Virus record (IMG/VR): IMGVR_UViG_3300008107_000029
Coordinates: 1-64,000 of that record
Reading direction: 5' to 3' (one strand)
Origin: a virus
Length of the DNA: 64,000 bases
In this document: one piece after another, positions 1 to 8,893 of the stretch
Layout of the letters: each line of letters starts with the position of its first letter
Numbering within the stretch: position 1 is the stretch's first letter
Made by a program: the position numbers and the translations under genes
The notes under the pieces: generated by a model
Databases searched by the model: none
What the model was told of the DNA's origin: nothing
Seen by the model: the letters and a program-made list of their open reading frames with translations, nothing else

Positions 1-62
1 CCTGAACTTGTGTAAACATCTGCTGTCATATTGTATCTAGAACCTGTGACGCAGTTAAACAT
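1..62 (-). CDS. 5' fragment of a probable head-completion/virion gene (runs off the window)
   Basis: ATG at 62 directly after the stop of the upstream ORF; reads MFNCVTGSRYNMTADVYTSSG to the window edge. Confidence 0.45.
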   Translation of the reverse strand, partial: MFNCVTGSRYNMTADVYTSS

Positions 63-63
63 G

Positions 64-987
64 TTAAACCACCATCAGTGTAATGTCTTTGTATTTACTA
101 AGAATAGTGTCAACTACAGCATTACCTGTACCAAAGAATGCGTTTTGGTTGTATTTAATTGTATAGGCTTCATTCTGGTTTGACTCAATGTACTTGTTTC
201 TTACGCCTGCGTCCGAGCAGCGATAATCTTCTACTAGAAGAGAAGTAGCCATGTTAATGTCATTTGGAACATAACTTGCTCCAAAGATTCCTTCTACAAT
301 GTACATGCTGTTCTTGATCCAAACTCCAGAAGATGGGATAGCATAAGTATGGTTTTGAGTCCATTCGTCTATGTTGTCTCCTGATGAAACAATCTTAATT
401 CCAAAGCCTGTGTTGTTAATTTCAATTGGGTAATCAAACAATGATGCTGCTGTATTTGTAGAATCGTAGTACAGTTCATCATCTTTCCAGATCTTTCTGA
501 TTTCAAGTAGGTGTCTGTTTAAAGGCAAGACATCTGAGTCATTCCCAAGAACTCCAACCTTAACATGTCTCTTTGTAAACTCTGAATTGATCTCTGAATT
601 GATAACTTCTCTTGCTAGCCTTTCATATCTGTTAAGGGCTGCAGTTGTTACTTGGGTAGAAGTAGTTGGGGTATCTGTAATTGTTAAATCTAGAAATGCT
701 GCAATCTCTGAAGCACTTGCATATTGTTTAACTAATTTGATAAAGAAAGATTCTTGTGTTGTGCCTCCCAGGGTAAGGTCTAGTCTTAAAACACGGTCAT
801 ACGAGGCTATAGAGGCTGGAAGGGTTATTGTCCAGGTGTGCCCTACGGTTGAGTGTGTTCCTGATCCTGTTGCAACTACTGTATTTAAATCTAAGTCAAA
901 TGCTGACCAGGCTAAAGTGGCTACGTGTGTTCCTTCTGTATACGTTACACCTATTGCTAGCCCTTCGGAAATATAATATTCTTTCAT
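64..987 (-). CDS. Probable head-tail connector/neck protein
   Basis: 307 aa, two genes downstream of the capsid; connector-like segments (YASASEIAAFL...ERLAREVIN; VPNDINMATSLLV; VDTILSKY). Confidence 0.6.
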   Translation of the reverse strand: MKEYYISEGLAIGVTYTEGTHVATLAWSAFDLDLNTVVATGSGTHSTVGHTWTITLPASIASYDRVLRLDLTLGGTTQESFFIKLVKQYASASEIAAFLDLTITDTPTTSTQVTTAALNRYERLAREVINSEINSEFTKRHVKVGVLGNDSDVLPLNRHLLEIRKIWKDDELYYDSTNTAASLFDYPIEINNTGFGIKIVSSGDNIDEWTQNHTYAIPSSGVWIKNSMYIVEGIFGASYVPNDINMATSLLVEDYRCSDAGVRNKYIESNQNEAYTIKYNQNAFFGTGNAVVDTILSKYKDITLMVV

Positions 988-1418
988 TTCATGATGCCGT
1001 AATAGTCGGCAACCTCCTTTGGTGAAGCCTCTCTAAGATTACCTCTAGAATTAGCAATAATTGAAATAGCCTCATCTTTGTCTATTAACAAAAATGGCTT
1101 TTCCAATTCAAAGTAGTAGTGCTTAACTTTATAAACACCTCTCATGATTGCCATAGTAACAAGCATCTTTTCATTAGACTTTGGGGATACAACATCTGAT
1201 TTAGTCTCATCAAGAATTGATACTGGCTTTGCTGGCTTCTTTACTGCATCCTCTGAAGATCCAGTTTCAGCCAAGGCCTTTTCATAATCTTCATAGGTAA
1301 TACCATAACTGTCAAACTTGTTAAGAATTTCTTCTTTACTCTTGCAGTTTGTAATATCTACAGCCATAATCCTTGCAGCCTTCTGCAAAGAAAAGTACTT
1401 TAGTGTGTTAAAAGACAT
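984..1418 (-). CDS. Hypothetical protein in the head module
   Basis: 144-aa ORF with SD AAGGAGG; overlaps the next gene by 4 nt. Confidence 0.7.
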   Translation of the reverse strand: MSFNTLKYFSLQKAARIMAVDITNCKSKEEILNKFDSYGITYEDYEKALAETGSSEDAVKKPAKPVSILDETKSDVVSPKSNEKMLVTMAIMRGVYKVKHYYFELEKPFLLIDKDEAISIIANSRGNLREASPKEVADYYGIMK

Positions 1419-1450
1419 TGTTCCTCCTTATAGAATTTTACCATAATAAC

Positions 1451-1484
1451 AGTAATGGGGTTGACATAAGCCAACCCCATTACT
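1451..1484 (-). terminator. Hairpin terminator after the major capsid gene
   Basis: AGTAATGGGGTTG/CAACCCCATTACT inverted repeat just past the capsid stop. Confidence 0.7.
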
Positions 1485-1498
1485 ATTAATTTTTAGAA

Positions 1499-2536
1499 TT
1501 AAAGTTGTGCAGCGTATGAAACTGCTGACTTCTCTTCCAAGAGTACGCCAAAACGTACGTATACTGTGTATTCTACAGTATCCTTCTTTGGCTTGAACTC
1601 ACGGTGAACTGTTACGTCTCTTTGGAATCCCCAAATGCGGTTTCCTGGGATTGTCAATTCAAGGTGGTTGTCTGGGAGTTGTGGTACTTCAAGTACTGGA
1701 ACACCGAAAATACGGTATTGTGCACCTGATGGACCTCCAAGACGAGGTACTTGACCGTCGATTACTCGTACGGCTACCTCTTCTGGGACTGTTCCCAACT
1801 TACGTAGATCAGCAATCATGTCTGTGATTCCCTTAGAGTTCGTGTAGAACTTAAGATCTCCACGACGTGCCTTGAACTTACGAGGAATAGCATTGTATAC
1901 TTCCTCGAACGCTCTGATAGTTAGTGGTGTGGTCGCTGCTGATGCATTGTCCCAAATACCTGTCATATCTGCAAGGCTTGCTGCTCCATCGTGTCCTGTT
2001 GCATCGGTATCTTTAACCTGTGCATAGAAACCCTTTAGAGTGTTGTTGTATGTACCTGCACCTGTTGTGCCTGCACGTCCGTTGATAGCAATGTCTTCCA
2101 AATCGTTTCCGAATTGTGCTGCCATCAAACGTACAATGTGATCCTCAAGACCATCACCTTCAAGGTTGTCCTCTAGGGACTCTGTTGAAAGTTCATAATC
2201 TAGACGGAACTTAGTTGTTGTAAGTTCAATCTTTGAGAATGTTGCTGCACTGTTTGTACCAGTGTCATCAGCCTGTGTTGCCTTCTTAGCAAGACGTGTA
2301 CCGACCTTAACCTTGTCAAGTTCCTGTGTGTTACCACGCATTGTAATACGACGTCCATCATTGGCAAGAACCATCTCATCGAACATATAGTCGATGAACT
2401 GACGTGACTGCTCTGGTAGTAGTACACCACCTGAGTTTGTCTCAGGACCATTGACAGTTGTCATGTCTCCTGGAGAGTTCAGTGGTGAGATAAATGTACC
2501 AGATGCTGCTGCTTTTTCTAGAATATTGTCGCTCAT
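1499..2536 (-). CDS. Major capsid protein, HK97 fold
   Basis: 345 aa; GGVLLPEQSRQFID, ELSTESLEDN, FGNDLEDIAING, IFGVPV motifs; follows protease/scaffold; strong SD. Confidence 0.93.
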   Translation of the reverse strand: MSDNILEKAAASGTFISPLNSPGDMTTVNGPETNSGGVLLPEQSRQFIDYMFDEMVLANDGRRITMRGNTQELDKVKVGTRLAKKATQADDTGTNSAATFSKIELTTTKFRLDYELSTESLEDNLEGDGLEDHIVRLMAAQFGNDLEDIAINGRAGTTGAGTYNNTLKGFYAQVKDTDATGHDGAASLADMTGIWDNASAATTPLTIRAFEEVYNAIPRKFKARRGDLKFYTNSKGITDMIADLRKLGTVPEEVAVRVIDGQVPRLGGPSGAQYRIFGVPVLEVPQLPDNHLELTIPGNRIWGFQRDVTVHREFKPKKDTVEYTVYVRFGVLLEEKSAVSYAAQL

Positions 2537-2595
2537 TATTTTTTTTCACCTCCTGTTAGTTTATAGATTTTGTAATGAGTATTGGTCAATTTGCA

Positions 2596-3210
2596 TTAAC
2601 CAAGCATATCGGCGGTTGCGAGGAAGCGTCCACCCCATACACTTTTTCTTATTGGTTCTTCAACCTCTGATGAATCGCCTAATTCACCAGACTTCTTAAC
2701 GGCAGTTGTATCTTCTACTGCTTCGACTCTACCATTCATGGCATCGACGATTGCAGTAACGCCTGCCAAAGTTTTAGAGAAATCTTCTTGCTGAGTCTTA
2801 ACTTCAGCGAGTTTGTCATTGAGGGTCTTAGCCAGATCAGAAACAACATTAACGACCTCAGAAAGACGGCTAATGCTAGCCTCTTCTGACTTCGCAACAG
2901 TGTCAGCAATAAATTCCTTGACTTGAGCAAGGCTCTTTGCTAGATCATCTTCTGCTGCTGCTTCGGATTCTGTCTGGTCCTCAGATGCTGCTGCTTCTGC
3001 TACAGGCTCTTCTGCATCTACTGCAGGTGTTTCTGTAACTTCATCAGACTTTGCGATTTCTTCTGTTGCTGCATCTTCTGCTGGTGCTTCAGTTGCTTCT
3101 GCTTCTGTAGCCTCATCTTCGAATGCCTCAACAACTTCGGCGGTGTCCTCAGTAACTGCCACTGCTTCTTCTACAACAATATCAATTGTTGCTTCTGTTT
3201 CTTGTGACAT
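2596..3210 (-). CDS. Nested in-frame scaffolding protein (internal start)
   Basis: Strong SD AAGGAGGT 6 nt upstream of the in-frame ATG at 3210 (MSQETEAT...); the 204-aa product is acidic with a coiled coil. Confidence 0.65.
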   Translation of the reverse strand: MSQETEATIDIVVEEAVAVTEDTAEVVEAFEDEATEAEATEAPAEDAATEEIAKSDEVTETPAVDAEEPVAEAAASEDQTESEAAAEDDLAKSLAQVKEFIADTVAKSEEASISRLSEVVNVVSDLAKTLNDKLAEVKTQQEDFSKTLAGVTAIVDAMNGRVEAVEDTTAVKKSGELGDSSEVEEPIRKSVWGGRFLATADMLG

Positions 3211-4368
3211 ACTTGCACCTCCTTCATTATTTTGTGCATCTTCGGACTTCTTCATCTTGGTTTTGATGTATTCACTTTTTGTAAGTGGAGTGATCTGACG
3301 AAGAGTGTCCATTTTGTGTCCTACAAGGATATCGGTTGGCGACCATCCCTTATCGGACTTCTTATACACCCTGACTAGTATTGCTGGATTGTCAGGGGAA
3401 CCTATTGTGATGGAAGATCCTGTGATCTTTCCATTCTTAATTACTCGTGTTACCTTTCCACGAGCAACACCTTCAGAGGAATCCCAACTTACAAAAGACC
3501 CTACGGATAAATCCTTTTTCATCTTTTTCTTATGGTTTTCATTCTCTTCTTTTTCATCTTTAAACTTTCCTTGACGAGGCTTCTTCTTAGTTGCGTCATC
3601 ATTAGTAATTGTATTTTCTGCTGCTTTAATAAGATTTAGTTTATCATGATATTTGTCAATGAGAGCCTTAACCTCTACACCAACATCTTTACCAACGTTG
3701 TCTACCCATCCGATAGTTGTTAGTTCTTCAGAGCAGAATGAGCAAGATGCACTTTCTTCTTTAGACATGGTTGCCTTTTGATCTGTTTCACACCAAAATA
3801 CATTTTCAATATCTGACTTATTAAACATACCGTCTGCAAATGACTTCTCATCTACCTTTTGAATAGAAAAAATATTAGCAAACTGATTTGCTGGATTGTC
3901 TACAAGAGACAACTCAATAAGGTCATAATCCTTAATTACACGGACACTCTTATCGGCATCCTTATCAAAAACATTATCTGTTTCTTTTACTGCTCCACCG
4001 ATTGAAAATCCAGTGAGCGTTCCATCTAGAACCATTTCCCAAACGTCTTGGGCACCCTTTGAGACGTAGGCGTCTACAAAAACGCCATTATAAAATTTAT
4101 TTGTTTCCTGATCAAAGTACTTGTCTTGCTTAAAAGAGACTACTTTGCCTGCAGGGATTGGTTGGTGCATTAGTCTAACATTTCCACGGAATCTCTCAAA
4201 CGCTTTTGCGGAGGCCGTTGCTAAAACGATATCATTTTGCTTGTCAACATTGTCGAGTGTAGCCCAACCACTAACAATGCGTCGTTCTTTATCGACTTTG
4301 GCAATAGGAACTGTGAAGGTGATACTTTCGCCTTCTGCAACAATGGATGCTTTTATAAATGTTTCCAT
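2596..4368 (-). CDS. Prohead (capsid maturation) protease fused to a Tudor-like domain and an acidic scaffold
   Basis: N-terminal RIVSGWAT..VDKQND, MHQ, GFSIGG, ELSLVDNPAN protease motifs; lies between portal and capsid; acidic/coiled-coil C-terminus. Confidence 0.88.
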   Translation of the reverse strand: METFIKASIVAEGESITFTVPIAKVDKERRIVSGWATLDNVDKQNDIVLATASAKAFERFRGNVRLMHQPIPAGKVVSFKQDKYFDQETNKFYNGVFVDAYVSKGAQDVWEMVLDGTLTGFSIGGAVKETDNVFDKDADKSVRVIKDYDLIELSLVDNPANQFANIFSIQKVDEKSFADGMFNKSDIENVFWCETDQKATMSKEESASCSFCSEELTTIGWVDNVGKDVGVEVKALIDKYHDKLNLIKAAENTITNDDATKKKPRQGKFKDEKEENENHKKKMKKDLSVGSFVSWDSSEGVARGKVTRVIKNGKITGSSITIGSPDNPAILVRVYKKSDKGWSPTDILVGHKMDTLRQITPLTKSEYIKTKMKKSEDAQNNEGGASMSQETEATIDIVVEEAVAVTEDTAEVVEAFEDEATEAEATEAPAEDAATEEIAKSDEVTETPAVDAEEPVAEAAASEDQTESEAAAEDDLAKSLAQVKEFIADTVAKSEEASISRLSEVVNVVSDLAKTLNDKLAEVKTQQEDFSKTLAGVTAIVDAMNGRVEAVEDTTAVKKSGELGDSSEVEEPIRKSVWGGRFLATADMLG

Positions 4369-4407
4369 ATCAGTATAATTATACTTCTATATTGTTTCAT
4401 AAAGCAC

Positions 4408-5976
4408 TTATTGTTGTTGGCGTCCTTCTCCTTGTGGATTTCTTCCAGTTCCAGCACCATCTGCAGAGTTTCCTTGACGCTGTTGATCACGTTCTCTGTT
4501 ACCAGTTGCTTGGGCAGTTGCTTCTGCTTTTGCCTGAGCATTCAACTGAATAACCTCATCTCCATCTGGGAGGCTGGACATTCCCATTCTAGTTCTAACT
4601 TCGTTTGGAGTAATTACCTGCATCCGAAGATATCTTTCATCAATCTTTGACTGAGTATCTTCATCGGTTAGAGTTAATTCATTAAACTTAAACCTAAAAG
4701 CATCTGTCTTTTCATTAATAATCTTGTTAATCTTCTTTTCCAAAGCCTGCTGTGCAGGTCTTGTAACTTGCTCTTTAAACGTACGATCAGACTCACGGGC
4801 GTTAGCCAAGGAGATTCCTTCTCCTGAGCCAATCTTAGAAATAGGAACACGGTGAGCCATAAGGATCTCATCACGATTACCCTTTCTGTAGTTGTTGAAT
4901 GAGGAATCTTGAATGCCTGCTTCAATAGGCTCCATCTTCATTTCAACCTTGTTGTCTGGTGTATCTCCTGGCAGAGGGATTACAACAGTTCTATGGTTTT
5001 GGCCTCTCAAGTTTCCTTGAAAGAATTCAAATAGTTTATCCTGTGCCTCACGAGACATCTTGGCACCTTTAAGCCAAAAGATATAACGAGGAACAGCCTT
5101 ATTTTCAAAATATTCTAAGTTAAAGCGTGAGGCAAATTCAGAGCCTGCCATTGCGTTCTTTGATGGAACAATGTCTGGAATTCCATAATAAGTATTTGTT
5201 GGTGTGTACTTCTTTATGTGAATCAATTCATTTGGACGACCATCGTTTGTGATTGGGTTAGGGGCAGAGTCCTGAAAGTTTCTAAAGAATGTATACTTTC
5301 CACCAACAGACTGAACAAATCCATCACGTAATCTACGTACACGAATTGTTGATGCAGGGATATGTCCAACATACCCAATCTCGCCAGTTGTCTTTCTTCC
5401 AATTTCGATAAAACCATTTCCAGTAGACTCTACGTCAGTCCATACCTTCATTAAAACATTTGTAAATGTTTCTTCATCGTTTCTTGATTCAATCCAATCA
5501 AGTGTGCGGTTCTTTGCCTTTTGCATATTTCTTCTAAGGCGTAGCAATTCGTCTTGTGAGTCTGTTGCTTCAATCATTTCCATTAACTTAGGAGATGGAT
5601 CTAAATCGTACCCCAAGCCAACAGTATTAGCAACCTTTGCATTGATAGATGCATAGTTGGCAGATGAAACTTCGTAGATTTTTGCTAAGGCATAAAGGTT
5701 GTATGGAGGTTCAATAACATCGAACAACCCGTATCCCATTTTATCTGGAATAAGTTGCTTTGAAGAAGATTTGTCTCCAGATAATTCATTGTTATCTGCC
5801 TTTGTAAGACCTCTTGTAATCTTACGTCTAAAGTTAGGTGAAAGACCTTCTGACTTTAAAATGGCTTCAGCACTAATATTAAACTCGTCTTTTTCAACAG
5901 TCAAACTCTTTGAAGAGTTTTGTGCTCTGTCTAAATAGACGCTACCAACTTGATTAAAGTCCTCGTTTTCTTGCAT
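4408..5976 (-). CDS. Portal protein
   Basis: DVESTGNGFIE, ELIHIK..TPTNTYYGIPD, YFENKAVP, ITPNEVRTRMG portal motifs; start placed at MQENE. Confidence 0.92.
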   Translation of the reverse strand: MQENEDFNQVGSVYLDRAQNSSKSLTVEKDEFNISAEAILKSEGLSPNFRRKITRGLTKADNNELSGDKSSSKQLIPDKMGYGLFDVIEPPYNLYALAKIYEVSSANYASINAKVANTVGLGYDLDPSPKLMEMIEATDSQDELLRLRRNMQKAKNRTLDWIESRNDEETFTNVLMKVWTDVESTGNGFIEIGRKTTGEIGYVGHIPASTIRVRRLRDGFVQSVGGKYTFFRNFQDSAPNPITNDGRPNELIHIKKYTPTNTYYGIPDIVPSKNAMAGSEFASRFNLEYFENKAVPRYIFWLKGAKMSREAQDKLFEFFQGNLRGQNHRTVVIPLPGDTPDNKVEMKMEPIEAGIQDSSFNNYRKGNRDEILMAHRVPISKIGSGEGISLANARESDRTFKEQVTRPAQQALEKKINKIINEKTDAFRFKFNELTLTDEDTQSKIDERYLRMQVITPNEVRTRMGMSSLPDGDEVIQLNAQAKAEATAQATGNRERDQQRQGNSADGAGTGRNPQGEGRQQQ

Positions 5977-6310
5977 TTGCTTCATCCCTCCATGCTCCAA
6001 CATCTCCGTATGGAGTTAACCCTGCATTCATTCTTTCTAGATCTTCTGCATACTCTGCATCTGAAACCTTTCCTGCACCTGCAAGAAATACTGCTTTGCC
6101 TTCTGGTTGTCCATAGTGCCTTGCAGCGTCTGTAATATTCTTAATCTTATTAAGGTCGTACTCACGGGAGGCAATGCTTAAAAAGTTTCCATCTCCGTCA
6201 GAAAAATACGATCCACCTGGAAGTTCCCAAACATACACTCCAATATCAGTGTTCTCACGAACCTGACGTACTTTTAAGTTCCTTGGGCCTTTGCCTTCAA
6301 TTCTAGTCAT
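5954..6310 (-). CDS. Hypothetical protein upstream of the portal
   Basis: 118-aa ORF; TATACT-6nt-ATG leaderless-type start. Confidence 0.7.
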   Translation of the reverse strand: MTRIEGKGPRNLKVRQVRENTDIGVYVWELPGGSYFSDGDGNFLSIASREYDLNKIKNITDAARHYGQPEGKAVFLAGAGKVSDAEYAEDLERMNAGLTPYGDVGAWRDEANARKRGL

Positions 6311-6359
6311 GCAATCAGTATACCATCTATATCAACATAAAACGTTTTTTATGCCACTG

Positions 6360-8879
6360 CTATGCAGTAATCCAGTTGTATTGAAGAATTGTCACGCCAG
6401 AGACTGGCTCAGACAGAGTTACTCTCTCGCCAACCGTGCCACTAATAATATTATTGCCAACAAAAGACTTGTATGTTTGATTAATTAAACTTGAACTGAT
6501 ATCTTGAGAGTATGTGGCAAGGTGCTGGATTAAGCAGTTGCTTCCACCAGAAGAATCACCAAAGGTTAATACTGGACCATCAAAGGCACCTGCTGTATTG
6601 ACGACGGTCATTGGAGAATTAAAGACTAGAGTAATATGCTTCCAAACGTACTTTTCTAATGTTAGTTGTGACTTAGTTAGATACTTGTTTGCCCCAAAAG
6701 TAATAGTACTTGAAAATACCCCATCAACATATAGGTCTACGGAAGTAGGGGCTGTAGTCCCTGCCACGGTGGTCCAAGAAATGATCTTTTCGTTATCATC
6801 TGAATCCGTTCTAGCAAAAAATGAGATTGTTTTTAGGCCGTTGTTGACTAATGGATCTGAGTTGGCAGGAATACTTCTGTAGGTTGTTGACACACCAGTT
6901 CCCCTAACGTTAATTCCAGAGAATGTTCCAAGAAGGATTGGAGAGTATACCTTTTCGGCAATAAAAGATAATCCATCATTTGAAGTAAGTTCAATTGTCT
7001 TATCAAATCCAGCAAACCTAGTTTCTAGGACTCCATCTTCATTCTTATCAAAGCCTCTTGACTCAACCGATATGTACTTTAAAACTGGTGGAAACTTTGA
7101 GGAATCCTGAGAGTCAATTACCAAGTCTATGTTTAAAAGGTACCCTGTTAAGTCATCAATACCTGACACATCAATCGTTGATAGTTCTTCTACATGGCTT
7201 GTCTCTATAATTGCAGATGAAGAAATTAAAGATGATTTAATGACAACTTCTGGGTTGGTTACTTTTGGATAACTATGACCAATAACAAGTTGAGATGCTC
7301 TTTTTTTATTAACCGTTGAAAATACGTTCTTGCCAAAGGTCTCTAAAGGAATGTTAATTGATGCATAGCCCTTCTTTTTAACCTTTACGTATTTATCAAA
7401 ATAAATCATTCCAGTTTTATAATAAGAATCAAACTCGTCAGCAAACACACCGAAGGCGTCTACAACATACTTGATCTCTTGTGAGTTTTGGATTATATTG
7501 ACAAAATGAACCTTTGCTGCCTCTAGTTGATTTTCATAATTGTCTAAAACGCTAATTCCTGTATATTGAGCACCAACCAAGGCTATAACACTATCAGTTA
7601 ATATGTTTGCTGCTTCTAGGCTAGAGGTATCAACAATAACATTATCAATGCTTGCATAATACAATCCGTCTACAACACCAAACAAAATTCTATAAGTTGT
7701 TCCTACGGAAACTCCTGTTTTTAATGTTACCTGAGCATACTTAGTTGGGCTATTGGCAAGTTTTTGCTGGTACTGTCTAATATAAAAATTAGTTCCTGAG
7801 TATACAACCTGAATCTTTTTATTTTGTTCGTTGAGGTCTAGAATGACTTGATCTGTTGAGGGGGTAGCAGTAGTAGTTAATTTTATTCCTAACAATCCAG
7901 ACCCATCTGTAAGTCTTCCAAAGTTTACTAAATCTAAATAGTTGTTTTTTTCATGGCTAAAGTAAAATGCATCTTGAGTTGCTGCGTTAGATGGGTGGGT
8001 ATAGTTGACAAAGACACCATCGTCTAATTGAAGTCCTTTTTCGGTTTTAATAATTCCATCAAACTTTAGATTTGTAATTGAGGCTGTACTTGGGATATTA
8101 ATAGCATTGATAGGTGTTTCATAAGTTCCTTCAAACTGTTGGTAAGATGCTCCATAGTTAGCAAATAGGTTGTGTGGAACCTTGTATGCTAGGCCATAAG
8201 CAAAATGTCTTTTTGCTACAACAGAAGAATATTCTTGCAAGTATATAGCAGGGGCATCAATAGCAACATAGCCTAGTTCGTCGTGTCCATAAAAGTTAAA
8301 GTTACCAGAAGAAAGCCCTGCAGTGATCAATGCATCTTTTTCAATATAAAAACTTGCAACTTCACCATTTACATAAAGATAGAAAGCATCATTCTTGTAC
8401 GTAACAGCAATATGCTTTTGATAAGCCCAAGAGTCTACCTTAATTCCAGTAAAATATGAATCGGTAGCCTTTAAAAGAATGTAGTTTTTATAAACATAAA
8501 CTCCAAAAGTAGAAGACTCGCTTACACCCATAACCTTATACTCTGAGTTTGTTGAGTTGTTGATTGAAAGCCAAAACTCAATTGTTGAAGGAAGGACGGT
8601 GGACTTTTGATTAAAGGCATTTCCTCTTGGTAAAACCAAAGAAGGGCTAGTCCCATTGTCTTTAAGGTAAGAGGCATGCATTCCACCTAAAACGAGAGGT
8701 AGTCCTTTGTTTTCTACTTTTAGTCCAGAGTTATATTTATATTGACCATCAAAAGAGGTGCTTGTTCCATAAGACACTGACGACTTAGCAACTACATCTC
8801 CAGTTGCACCAGACAAATTTTCATCCAATGACCAGACAGCCAATGGACCATCTTTTTGAATTAGGTCAGTGTATCTCAT
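6360..8879 (-). CDS. Virion structural/minor tail protein with an N-terminal LamG/concanavalin-A-like domain
   Basis: 839 aa; DGPLAVWSLDE, TIEFW, HIAVTY...LYVNG, IDAPAIY LamG-like pattern. Confidence 0.7.
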   Translation of the reverse strand: MRYTDLIQKDGPLAVWSLDENLSGATGDVVAKSSVSYGTSTSFDGQYKYNSGLKVENKGLPLVLGGMHASYLKDNGTSPSLVLPRGNAFNQKSTVLPSTIEFWLSINNSTNSEYKVMGVSESSTFGVYVYKNYILLKATDSYFTGIKVDSWAYQKHIAVTYKNDAFYLYVNGEVASFYIEKDALITAGLSSGNFNFYGHDELGYVAIDAPAIYLQEYSSVVAKRHFAYGLAYKVPHNLFANYGASYQQFEGTYETPINAINIPSTASITNLKFDGIIKTEKGLQLDDGVFVNYTHPSNAATQDAFYFSHEKNNYLDLVNFGRLTDGSGLLGIKLTTTATPSTDQVILDLNEQNKKIQVVYSGTNFYIRQYQQKLANSPTKYAQVTLKTGVSVGTTYRILFGVVDGLYYASIDNVIVDTSSLEAANILTDSVIALVGAQYTGISVLDNYENQLEAAKVHFVNIIQNSQEIKYVVDAFGVFADEFDSYYKTGMIYFDKYVKVKKKGYASINIPLETFGKNVFSTVNKKRASQLVIGHSYPKVTNPEVVIKSSLISSSAIIETSHVEELSTIDVSGIDDLTGYLLNIDLVIDSQDSSKFPPVLKYISVESRGFDKNEDGVLETRFAGFDKTIELTSNDGLSFIAEKVYSPILLGTFSGINVRGTGVSTTYRSIPANSDPLVNNGLKTISFFARTDSDDNEKIISWTTVAGTTAPTSVDLYVDGVFSSTITFGANKYLTKSQLTLEKYVWKHITLVFNSPMTVVNTAGAFDGPVLTFGDSSGGSNCLIQHLATYSQDISSSLINQTYKSFVGNNIISGTVGERVTLSEPVSGVTILQYNWITA

Positions 8880-8893
8880 ATCTTTTAATTATA

